A DNA stretch of 45,224 bases. Origin: Rhodanobacteraceae bacterium (lineage in GTDB: Bacteria > Pseudomonadota > Gammaproteobacteria > Xanthomonadales > Rhodanobacteraceae). Below the pieces are notes generated by a model. The model was not told the origin of the DNA and did not search any database. It saw nothing but the letters and a program-made list of their open reading frames with translations. The stretch covers positions 1 through 45,224 of the forward strand of contig DATFCO010000220.1 of NCBI GenBank assembly GCA_035253005.1, in the 5' to 3' direction. Both the position numbers and the translations under genes were made by a program. Below, piece by piece: positions 25,989-34,092 of the stretch (within the stretch, counting starts at the first letter, position 1; every line of letters starts with the position of its first letter).

Positions 25989-27010
25989 ATTCTCGCCATT
26001 CCCACAGCCATGCTGGGGACGAAGATGTTTCCGGCCATGATCACTCGCCCGAATACGATCATCACCACAGTCACGATCAGGGTGGGGGGGTTCTGGGCTG
26101 GGTGCGCAGCTTGTACGGCCACACCCATGACATTGCCGAGCGCGTGGACGCGAGCATGGAGTCCGACGAACGGGGCATCCGCGCGCTCAAGATTTCACTG
26201 GTGGGACTGGGAGCTACAGCGATCGTGCAACTGGCGATCGTGTTGTTCAGTGGATCGGTCGCGCTGCTCGCCGACACGATCCACAACTTCGGCGACGCCA
26301 CCACCAGCGTTCCGCTGTGGATCGCGTTCGCTCTGACCCAGCGCGGCGCCAGCAAGCGTTTCACCTACGGCTATGGCAAAACCGAAGATGTGGCCGGCGT
26401 CATTATCGTGCTGGTGATCTTCTTCTCTGCCTGCGTGGCCGGTTATGAATCGGTATTGAAACTCATCCATCCGCATCCCATGACGCATTTGGGCTGGGTC
26501 GCGGCGGCGGCGGTTGTCGGTTTTATCGGCAATGAAGCGGTGGCAGTGTTCCGTATCCGCGTCGGCCGCGACATCGGTTCGGCGGCGCTGATTGCGGATG
26601 GTCAGCATGCGCGCGTCGATGGCTTCACCAGTCTCGCCGTATTGATCGGCGTGATCGGCACGGCCTTTGGCTTAGCAATCCTGGACCCGATCGTCGGCTT
26701 GCTGATCACTATCGCGATCCTGTTTATCGTCAAGGATGCTGCACTCTCAGTGTGGCTGCGGCTTATTGATGGAATCGAACCGGGAATCCTCGCTCAAATC
26801 GAACACGCACCGACCCATGTGCCAGGTGTGATATCGGTGCGCGACGCGCGTGCGCGCTGGGTTGGTCATCGCGTACACAGCGACATCGAGGTTCAAGTGG
26901 ATCCCGCGTTGTCGGTGCGCGAGGGCGAAGCAATCGCTGCCGCAGTCGAGCGCTCAATGAAAGAGCACGTGCGCCTACTCGGCAGCGTAGTGGTACGTGT
27001 GAGTCCCTAG
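25985..27010 (+). CDS. Cation diffusion facilitator exporter with His-rich N-terminus (DmeF-like)
   Basis: 341 aa from the ATG at 25985. The N-terminus is MNSRHSHSHAGDEDVSGHDHSPEYDHHHSHD. Six TM helices with HNFGD and similar CDF motifs. Confidence 0.85.
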   Translation: MNSRHSHSHAGDEDVSGHDHSPEYDHHHSHDQGGGVLGWVRSLYGHTHDIAERVDASMESDERGIRALKISLVGLGATAIVQLAIVLFSGSVALLADTIHNFGDATTSVPLWIAFALTQRGASKRFTYGYGKTEDVAGVIIVLVIFFSACVAGYESVLKLIHPHPMTHLGWVAAAAVVGFIGNEAVAVFRIRVGRDIGSAALIADGQHARVDGFTSLAVLIGVIGTAFGLAILDPIVGLLITIAILFIVKDAALSVWLRLIDGIEPGILAQIEHAPTHVPGVISVRDARARWVGHRVHSDIEVQVDPALSVREGEAIAAAVERSMKEHVRLLGSVVVRVSP

Positions 27011-27012
27011 CT

Positions 27013-29400
27013 TCATAGCCGCGCCTTGCGCAAACGCAAGGCGTTGCCGATGACCGAAACCGAGGACAGGCTCATTGCCAGCGCCGCGATGATCGGGCTC
27101 AGCAGCCAGCCGAACACCGGGTACAACACGCCCGCCGCAATCGGGATGCCGAGCGTGTTGTAGGCGAAGGCGAAGCCCAGGTTCTGGTGGATGTTGCGCA
27201 CCGTCTGTGCGGACAGATTGCGGCCGCGCAGGAGTCCGCCGAGCTCGCCTTTCAACAAGGTCACCTGCGCGCTTTCCATCGCGACGTCGGTGCCGTCGCC
27301 CATCGCGATGCCCACATCGGCCGCCGCCAGCGCCGGCGCATCGTTGATGCCATCGCCGGCCATCGCAACCTTGGCGTCTCCGTTGCGCAAATCCTCGATC
27401 CGCTTCGCCTTGTCTTGCGGCGTCTGCGCAGCCGCGTATTCCTCGATCCCCAACGCATCGGCCACTGATCGCGCGGTCGGTTCGGCGTCGCCTGTCAACA
27501 TCACGATTCGCAAGCCTTGGGCGCGCAACGCATCGAGCAGTTTGCGCGCTTCCGGCTTGATCGCGTCTTCGACCGCCAGCGCACCGGCAACTTGGCCGTC
27601 AACGGCCAGGTACATGGTCGTCTTCGCCGAAACGCGCAAGGCGTCGAGACGTTCGTCTTTCGGCAGCGTGACGTGCAATGACTCCATCAACGCTGCGTTG
27701 CCGAGCGCAACCTCGCGATTGCTCACCTTGCCGCGCACGCCTTGTCCCGTGATGGCGTTGAAGTCGGTGACTGGGAGCAATGTCAGGCCGCGCTCGCGGG
27801 CACCGGCCACGATCGCGCGTGCGAGCGGATGCTCGCTCATCGCTTCCAGGCTGGCCGCGAGAGTCAGCGCTTCATCATCGGCCATGTCGCTGAGGGTGAC
27901 CACGTCACTCAGGCTCGGCTTGCCTTGGGTCAGCGTGCCGGTCTTGTCCAGCACCAGCGTGTCCACCTGCGCCAGTGCTTCGATCGCCGCGGCATCGCGG
28001 AACAACACGCCGCTTTCGGCACCGCGGCCACTGGCGACCATGATCGAGATCGGCGTGGCCAGACCCAGCGCACAGGGACAGGCGATGATCAGCACCGCCA
28101 CCGCGTTCACGATCGCGTACGCGATGCGCGGTTCCGGCCCGATCAGGAACCAGGTGATGCCGGTCAGGATCGCGATCACGATCACCGCCGGTACGAACAC
28201 GCGCGAGACCCGATCGGCCAGCCGCTGCAGCGGCGCGCGCGAACGCTGCGCCTGCGCCACCAGCGCCACGATCTGCGCCAGCACGGTTTCGTTGCCGATC
28301 TTGTCGGCGCGCATCGTCAAAGAGCCGTTGGCATTCACGGTGCCGGCGGTCAATCGGTCACCCGGGCGCTTGCCGACGGGCATCGGTTCGCCGCTCAGCA
28401 TGGATTCGTCCACGCTGCTCGACCCTTCCAGCACTGCACCGTCCACCGGAATCTTTTCGCCGGGGCGGATGCGCAGCACGTCGCCGACGTGTACCTGTTC
28501 GATCGGCACGTCGCGTTCCTCGCCATCGGCCTCGATGCGCCGCGCTTGCCGTGGCGCAAGATCGAGCAGCCGCCGGATCGCCGCCGAAGTCTTGCCGCGC
28601 GCACGCACTTCCAGCCATTCGCCGAGCAGTACCAGCGCCACGATCACGCCGGCTGGTTCGAAGTACACGCCGATCATGCCGCGCGCATCGCGGGTGCGCG
28701 GTGGAAAAATCTGCGGCACGAAGGTCGCGACCAGGCTGTAAACGAACGCGACCAGCACGCCCAGGCCGATCAGCGTGTACATGTTGGGTGAGCGATTGCG
28801 CACACCCATCCAGCCGCGCCGGTAGTAGTCCAGGCCCAGCCACAACACCAAAGGCGCGGCCAGGATCAGTTCGGCCCAACGCAGCACATGGGCCGCTGTT
28901 CCAGCGAATTGCGCGCCGAATACATGCGGCACCATCGCCACCGCAAACAGCGGAATCGCCAGCACGACGGCAATCCAGAATTTTCGCCGCACCCTGCGCA
29001 GCTCGCTGTCGTCTTCTTCGGAGGCTGGCATCAACGGCTCCAGCGCCATGCCGCAGATGGGGCACACACCGGGACCGATCTGCCGGATTTCCGGATGCAT
29101 CGGGCAGATGTAGACCACGCCCTCATCGTGGCTGCGCGGTTGCGCGGCGGACGCAAGTTCCAGGTAGCGCCCGGGTTCGGTGACGAACTTCTCACGACAA
29201 CGCGCCGAGCAAAAATGGTATGCCTGACCTTGGTGTTCGGCGTGATGCTCCGTCGATGCGGAATCGACTTGCATTCCGCAGACCGGATCGGCAACCCGAT
29301 TCGCCGCCGGTTCCGCCTCGCAGTGTCCACAGCAGCCCTCGGTTTGTACCGAAGGTTCATGCTCGTGGTGATGTTCGTGCGCGGGCAATTGCTCACTCAT
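27013..29400 (-). CDS. Copper-translocating P1B-type ATPase with a non-HMA N-terminus
   Basis: 795 aa. CPC ([11 protein letters not shown]), DKTGTLT and GDGINDAP are present. N-terminal [19 protein letters not shown]...FCSARC (YHS/TRASH-like) and CPMHPE...CPICGM. Confidence 0.92.
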   Translation of the reverse strand: MSEQLPAHEHHHEHEPSVQTEGCCGHCEAEPAANRVADPVCGMQVDSASTEHHAEHQGQAYHFCSARCREKFVTEPGRYLELASAAQPRSHDEGVVYICPMHPEIRQIGPGVCPICGMALEPLMPASEEDDSELRRVRRKFWIAVVLAIPLFAVAMVPHVFGAQFAGTAAHVLRWAELILAAPLVLWLGLDYYRRGWMGVRNRSPNMYTLIGLGVLVAFVYSLVATFVPQIFPPRTRDARGMIGVYFEPAGVIVALVLLGEWLEVRARGKTSAAIRRLLDLAPRQARRIEADGEERDVPIEQVHVGDVLRIRPGEKIPVDGAVLEGSSSVDESMLSGEPMPVGKRPGDRLTAGTVNANGSLTMRADKIGNETVLAQIVALVAQAQRSRAPLQRLADRVSRVFVPAVIVIAILTGITWFLIGPEPRIAYAIVNAVAVLIIACPCALGLATPISIMVASGRGAESGVLFRDAAAIEALAQVDTLVLDKTGTLTQGKPSLSDVVTLSDMADDEALTLAASLEAMSEHPLARAIVAGARERGLTLLPVTDFNAITGQGVRGKVSNREVALGNAALMESLHVTLPKDERLDALRVSAKTTMYLAVDGQVAGALAVEDAIKPEARKLLDALRAQGLRIVMLTGDAEPTARSVADALGIEEYAAAQTPQDKAKRIEDLRNGDAKVAMAGDGINDAPALAAADVGIAMGDGTDVAMESAQVTLLKGELGGLLRGRNLSAQTVRNIHQNLGFAFAYNTLGIPIAAGVLYPVFGWLLSPIIAALAMSLSSVSVIGNALRLRKARL

Positions 29401-29821
29401 CGGACAGGTCCTGGGTCAAGGCGTGCAGAATCGGGCAGGCATCGGGATCGCCGCGCCCCGGACATCGCTCGATGAGGTGTTTCAGGCCCCGCCGCATGCG
29501 TTGCAATTCCTGGATGCGCAGCTCCAGCTTCGCCAGCCGTACTTCCGCACGCTGCTTGACGTTGCGCACGCCTTTCTCGTGATCGGCCGACAGCGCCAGC
29601 AGTTCGCGGATGTCATCCAGTGTGAAACCCAGCGCCTTGGCGCGGCGGATGAACTTCAGGCGATCGATGGTGCTGCGGTCGTAATCGCGATATCCGGAGT
29701 CGCGGCGGCGCGGGGCAGGCAACAAGCCTTCGCGCTCGTAATAGCGGATGGTATCGATCGGGACGCCCGCGTTGCGCGCGACCGCGCCGATGGTCAGATG
29801 TATTCTCGGTTGGATGTTCAT
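29393..29821 (-). CDS. MerR-family heavy-metal regulator (CueR-like)
   Basis: 142 aa. [28 protein letters not shown]-terminal metal loop [11 protein letters not shown]. Overlaps the ATPase start by 8 nt. Confidence 0.88.
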   Translation of the reverse strand: MNIQPRIHLTIGAVARNAGVPIDTIRYYEREGLLPAPRRRDSGYRDYDRSTIDRLKFIRRAKALGFTLDDIRELLALSADHEKGVRNVKQRAEVRLAKLELRIQELQRMRRGLKHLIERCPGRGDPDACPILHALTQDLSDE

Positions 29822-29827
29822 GCGGCC

Positions 29828-29859
29828 AGTCTAAACCATGGACTATGGTCCAGAGTCAA
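29828..29859 (-). promoter_or_regulatory. MerR-type promoter with over-long spacer and internal dyad
   Basis: The minus strand reads TTGACT (29859-29854), a 19-20-nt spacer containing TGGAC-cata-GTCCA / ACCAT-agtcc-ATGGT, then TTAGAC/TAGACT (29834-29828). The -10 ends ~7 nt before the ATG at 29821. Confidence 0.55.
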
Positions 29860-29900
29860 ACGGGAATTCCGTCCTCTTTGACAATGTCATATTCACACAG

Positions 29901-29919
29901 TAGCTTATCAACTAAGCTA
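29901..29919. promoter_or_regulatory. Candidate MarR operator
   Basis: Perfect TAGCTTA-tcaac-TAAGCTA inverted repeat, 16 nt upstream of the marR ATG. Confidence 0.5.
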
Positions 29920-29935
29920 TTAGCAGAGCCTTTAC

Positions 29936-30475
29936 ATGTCAGCCAAACACAAGGATGAACTCATCCACGAGATCGTGACGCGGCAGATGCACCGCAACAG
30001 CACAGCGGCCGTGTTGTTCCATCAGGCCTTGGCGGAACGCCTGGGCCTTGGCCCGACGGATCACAAAGTCTTCGATCTGCTGCGGGAGCACGGGCCGATG
30101 TCGGGCAGCGAACTGGTCGCGCTCACCGGGATCACCAGCGGCGCCATTACAGGCGTGATCAACCGTCTGGAACAAGCGAAGTTCGTGCGGCGGGAGGCAG
30201 ACGCCAAAGACGGACGACGACAGATCTTGTCGCCGCAGACCTCGCGCATACGCGAACTACATGCCGTGTTCCATCCCTTGCATCAGGAACTCGCGAACGT
30301 GCTGGAAAAGTTCGATACGCGGCAACTGGAGGCCATCGCTCAATTCCTGATCCAAGGCACAGACCTGCTCTACCGACATTCGGCCGTGCTTCGGGCATAT
30401 GCGCTCGCGGGTGCCCTTGAGTCGCGCAGATTAGAAGAAAAACCCAATAAAACTGCCAAGCGCGTACCTCGATGA
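29936..30475 (+). CDS. MarR-family transcriptional regulator
   Basis: 179 aa. Winged-helix region DHKVFDLLREHGPMSGSELVALTGITSGAITGVINRLEQAKFVRR. ATGA overlap with the next gene. Confidence 0.85.
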   Translation: MSAKHKDELIHEIVTRQMHRNSTAAVLFHQALAERLGLGPTDHKVFDLLREHGPMSGSELVALTGITSGAITGVINRLEQAKFVRREADAKDGRRQILSPQTSRIRELHAVFHPLHQELANVLEKFDTRQLEAIAQFLIQGTDLLYRHSAVLRAYALAGALESRRLEEKPNKTAKRVPR

Positions 30476-31116
30476 CTCCGAAAATCCGCAAATTCCTTCT
30501 CACCACGCATATCGCCTGCACGGTCGGCTGGCTGGGCGCCGTCGCCGCATTCCTGGCTCTGAGCATTGCCGCATTGACCAGCCGGGAGCCAGAAGTCATG
30601 CGCGGCAATTATGTCGCGATGGACCAGATCAGCCGGTTCGTGGTGAGTCCCTTGAGCTTCGGTGCGCTTGCCACTGGACTGCTTCAGGCGCTTGGCTCGG
30701 CCTGGGGACTGTTTCGCTATTACTGGATTACGGCCAAGTTCGGACTGGCGATCGTGGCGACAGCGGCGCTGCTGATGCACCAATTCAAAGTCGTCGGCGT
30801 GGCGGCGAAGGAAGCTGCTGGAACGAATGCACCCCTGTTGACGGGCGCCATGCTCGATCCTTTGAAAATCGAACTGGTACGCGCGCCGGCTATTGCGATC
30901 GCCGTGCTGCTCACGATTCTGGCGCTGGCGGTGTACAAGCCGTGGGGACTGACTACCCATGGTCGGCGCACACAGCCGCAGCGAGCAATAGCAAGCCAGC
31001 CATTCGTGTCCGGAATGCCTTTGGGTCCGAAGCTTTTTCTCGGCGTGATCGCAATGCTCGTGCTGACATTCATAGTGTTGCACCTAACCGGGCATGGCTT
31101 CGGCCAACATCATTGA
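30472..31116 (+). CDS. Integral membrane protein (about 4-5 TM), unknown function
   Basis: 214 aa. Hydrophobic helices throughout. Translationally coupled to marR. Confidence 0.65.
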   Translation: MTPKIRKFLLTTHIACTVGWLGAVAAFLALSIAALTSREPEVMRGNYVAMDQISRFVVSPLSFGALATGLLQALGSAWGLFRYYWITAKFGLAIVATAALLMHQFKVVGVAAKEAAGTNAPLLTGAMLDPLKIELVRAPAIAIAVLLTILALAVYKPWGLTTHGRRTQPQRAIASQPFVSGMPLGPKLFLGVIAMLVLTFIVLHLTGHGFGQHH

Positions 31117-31216
31117 CTGTTACTCTCCATTAACGGAGGCCAGCGGCGGTGCTCTGCTGGGAATCAAGAAGAGATGCAGCAACATGCAACTAGTCCTGAT
31201 CTTGGTTTACCCGACG

Positions 31217-32074
31217 TCAGGAATCGCGCAGGAAGATGGTTGAGTAACGCCGCTCATGGTTCCGGTGCCGTTGCGAAAACGGCTCCAGGCCTGTCGCAAA
31301 GTGCGGATAGCGTTCACCGCGCACCAATCGTGCTTCGTCGTGAATGCGCTGCAGCTCGTACGCGAGTGGAACGAGGCCGCAGATGCGTGTGCACCGTTCT
31401 CTCATGTCCAGATCCATGCCATCGATGAACAATGCCGAACGTTGCTTCAACAAGGCCGCAATGTTGTCGAACAGGCGCCTTGCAAGGGGCCGGCGCAGAT
31501 TGCACATCACATTCTGCGCCATGACGATGTCGGCCGTCGAAACTCTTAGCCGGAAATCCGGACTCAACGCGTCGGCCTGTTCAAAGCGAACTCGACGAGC
31601 GATCTCCGGCCTCACGACCAATCGATCACCCTCTTGTTCAAAGGTACTTCGGACGAAGTCGGCCGTAACCAATGGATTGGCGTGCACCGTGTCGATGGAA
31701 TAGCTTGCCCCACGGGCGATCGCGAGCACATCGGGATCGATGTCATAGGCATCGATCGCGAACGCCAGTTGCGGCCGGCGCTCGAGCAGCACTGACGCGA
31801 CCGTGAACGGTTCCGCGCCCGTAGAACATCCGATAACCACGATGCGAATTGGGTCTGGCCGTCGGTGCGCTTCGAGAAAGTCAAGTACAGGGCCGACAAG
31901 CGCATCCAATTGCGCAGGAAGACGATGGAACTGCGTAAAGGTGAATCCGGGGCGATCCTCGAAGTGAAGGGCGAGACGATACCTGAGCGCTTGGCCACTG
32001 GGGGAATCTGCGAACCGACGCAGTCCCGGCACGGTTTTCAGCAACTGTCTGGCTGCGCCGTAGACGATGGACAT
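31217..32074 (-). CDS. CheR-like SAM-dependent methyltransferase (orphan)
   Basis: 285 aa. VVIGCSTGAEPFTVASVL (CheR motif GCSTGEEPYS) and AYDIDPDVLAIARGASY. GAGG RBS. No other chemotaxis genes in the window. Confidence 0.7.
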   Translation of the reverse strand: MSIVYGAARQLLKTVPGLRRFADSPSGQALRYRLALHFEDRPGFTFTQFHRLPAQLDALVGPVLDFLEAHRRPDPIRIVVIGCSTGAEPFTVASVLLERRPQLAFAIDAYDIDPDVLAIARGASYSIDTVHANPLVTADFVRSTFEQEGDRLVVRPEIARRVRFEQADALSPDFRLRVSTADIVMAQNVMCNLRRPLARRLFDNIAALLKQRSALFIDGMDLDMRERCTRICGLVPLAYELQRIHDEARLVRGERYPHFATGLEPFSQRHRNHERRYSTIFLRDS

Positions 32075-32271
32075 GCGATCACCTCTGCTTAAAGATCAAC
32101 ACTGCGTATGATCAGGAACAGGTCGATCAGCCGCGCAAACATTGGATGTTCCCCCTTTGCTTTTCTGCCTCAAGACCGGGAACGGCGGTAATCTGCTTGA
32201 TCCCGGTCTTGACGGTCCTCCGTTCAATCATTCGGCCGGAAGCGCCCAGCGAATCGCGGAGCGCATGTTCG

Positions 32272-32619
32272 CTACATCGCTGCGCAAGCCTCGGCGCAGC
32301 CGCGGCAGGCTTCCGCACAGCGTTTCACCTCGGCATCGTCGCCCATGCGTTCGCACGAAGCCGCGCATTGCCGGCACACCTCGGCGCAGGCGTTGCAAAC
32401 GACCGTATGCACCTCGGCGCCTCGCAACATTGTTCGTGCGCAGGTATCACAGATGTCGGCGCAAGCCGACATCAACGTGATGTGCTGCGGGTCGGCATGT
32501 TCGCCGCCCTCGCCGAGGCAGTAGTTGATGGTTTCGAGGCACGTGGCTTCGCACTGCTGGCAAGCGAGGATGCAGTCGTTCATAGCCTGCGAGCGGTGTT
32601 CCGCGGAATGGTGAGTCAT
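32272..32619 (-). CDS. Cys-rich four-helix-bundle copper-binding protein (DUF326/Csp-like, no signal peptide)
   Basis: 115 aa from the ATG at 32619 (AGGA RBS). 18 Cys, mostly in C-x2/3-C helical spacing (CILACQQCEATC, CADICDTC, CNACAEVCRQCAASC, CAEACRGCAEAC). Confidence 0.75.
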   Translation of the reverse strand: MTHHSAEHRSQAMNDCILACQQCEATCLETINYCLGEGGEHADPQHITLMSACADICDTCARTMLRGAEVHTVVCNACAEVCRQCAASCERMGDDAEVKRCAEACRGCAEACAAM

Positions 32620-32702
32620 GGCGTATTCCTTCTTCCTTGAAGCAGGCGAAGCGCGGCGCGCCTGCATCGCCGTCCCTGATCGCAACGTCCCTGGCTGCAC
32701 GC

Positions 32703-33074
32703 TCACTGCGTGTCAGGCTTGATCCAGGTCACCGTGCCGTTCATGCCTTCGGTGTGCAGTCCAAAGCGGATATGCTCGCCGGCTTTTACATCTTGCAGCA
32801 GTTCCGGCTTGGCGGCTTTGAAGGTCATGGTCATTGCCGGCCAGTGGATCGACTCGATCGCTTGATGCTTGATCGTGATGGTGCCCTGATCCGCATCGAC
32901 GGCCTGCACGACACCCACACCTTCGGCATTGCCGGATTGCATCATGCCTTTCATACCGGGCATGTTCTGTATCGGCATGTCCTGCATTGGCTTGCTCGGG
33001 GTTTCCTGCTGAGCGAGCAGTGCTGGCGCGCAAAGAAGCGCGGCGATGCTCAATGACATTGCGATGTACCTCAT
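32703..33074 (-). CDS. cusF: CusF-like periplasmic copper-binding protein
   Basis: Signal peptide, then a Met-rich stretch (MQDMPIQNMPGMKGMMQ), then GVVQAVDADQGTITIKHQAIESIHWPAMTMTF, the CusF core. GAGGAG RBS. Confidence 0.85.
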   Translation of the reverse strand: MRYIAMSLSIAALLCAPALLAQQETPSKPMQDMPIQNMPGMKGMMQSGNAEGVGVVQAVDADQGTITIKHQAIESIHWPAMTMTFKAAKPELLQDVKAGEHIRFGLHTEGMNGTVTWIKPDTQ

Positions 33075-33131
33075 GATCGGTTCTCCTCGTTACGCGGTAG
33101 TTGCGTTTGAAATTCAGCGTCGATGTCCAGT

Positions 33132-34004
33132 TCACATAAGCGCCATCGGCGCACCGCCCCAGATCGCCGCAATAGCCGCGCCTGCGGCCAATGCGAGAAA
33201 AGACAACAGGGTCATCCACGCAAGCTGCGCGGGTGCGACTTTCCCCATATCCGACATTCCAGGCTGGTCTGCTGACGCGGCGTGTCGATGCGCGGAACTC
33301 GACGGGATCGGACTTTCCTGCCCGCCGCGATGCTCCTGCGCGAGCGCAGATTGCGGCACACGCACGGTCATCATGCCGTGCTTCATGTGCTTGGCAACCA
33401 GCCACCAGTTGATCGGATAGGCGGTGAGAAACCCCACCAGCAGCGACATCGACATCAAGAACCAGAAGGCGGGGTCGGCCGGATGGTGAGCATCGGGTAC
33501 GTGTTTCATCGTCAGGATCATGGTCGGAATCATGCCGGCCATCAGCAGATTCATGGAGAGCAATTCCGGAAAAAATGTCTTCGCCAAGGAACGTTTGTAC
33601 GACCCGCCCATCATGTCGCGCATAAACAACGCCTGGAAAATGGTCCAGCCGAACCCGAAGCCCAGCAGGTATTCCAGAACCACATGTACGACATCGGAAA
33701 AATGCATCAGGCTGGCAAACACCGCGCCCGCCAAGATGCCGACGCCGTCGCCTGCACAGCAGTGCATCGTCGAACCCAGTACCTGTCGCCAGCGCACGGC
33801 CACGTATTGCTCGTGCAATCCCGACAACGGCTCGCGGCAGCCGAGCACGTAGAGAAACGCGCCGAGCGGGCCGGTATAGGCCGTCAGCAAGACGAAGCCC
33901 CACTTCAGCACTGGAGACTCGGGCGTGGAACGTATGTCCACGGCGACGAACAGCACCGATAGCGCGGTGAGCAGGAACCAGAGCAGCATTACGCCATCCA
34001 GCAT
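33132..34004 (-). CDS. Polytopic membrane protein, DUF4396-like
   Basis: 290 aa from the ATG at 34004 (GGGAG RBS). The HCCAGDGVG motif sits in a TM helix. His/Met-rich C-terminal loop. Confidence 0.6.
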   Translation of the reverse strand: MLDGVMLLWFLLTALSVLFVAVDIRSTPESPVLKWGFVLLTAYTGPLGAFLYVLGCREPLSGLHEQYVAVRWRQVLGSTMHCCAGDGVGILAGAVFASLMHFSDVVHVVLEYLLGFGFGWTIFQALFMRDMMGGSYKRSLAKTFFPELLSMNLLMAGMIPTMILTMKHVPDAHHPADPAFWFLMSMSLLVGFLTAYPINWWLVAKHMKHGMMTVRVPQSALAQEHRGGQESPIPSSSAHRHAASADQPGMSDMGKVAPAQLAWMTLLSFLALAAGAAIAAIWGGAPMALM

Positions 34005-34092
34005 GGGCTTGCTCCCGCATGCATTCGTTCCACGAGAGGGGCTGCACGGAGTCCCGCGTGCAGCGCCTTCAACACCAGCGCGCATCGCATGA

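Noticed and set aside
27191-28791. 516-aa and 349-aa plus-strand ORFs
   Set aside because: They are antisense to the P1B ATPase, which carries unambiguous CPC, DKTGT and GDGINDAP motifs. The ORFs are low-complexity and rich in S, A and R.
32170-32212. 12-bp-stem hairpin (aagaccggga ... tcccggtctt) downstream of the Csp-like gene as a terminator
   Set aside because: No U-tract follows the stem in either transcription direction and the loop is 19 nt. It may be a REP-like element, but function cannot be supported.
32713-34047. 444-aa minus-strand ORF spanning the cusF-like and DUF4396-like genes
   Set aside because: It is an alternative frame crossing two well-supported genes and their intergenic gap. 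It is Arg-rich and has no plausible start context.
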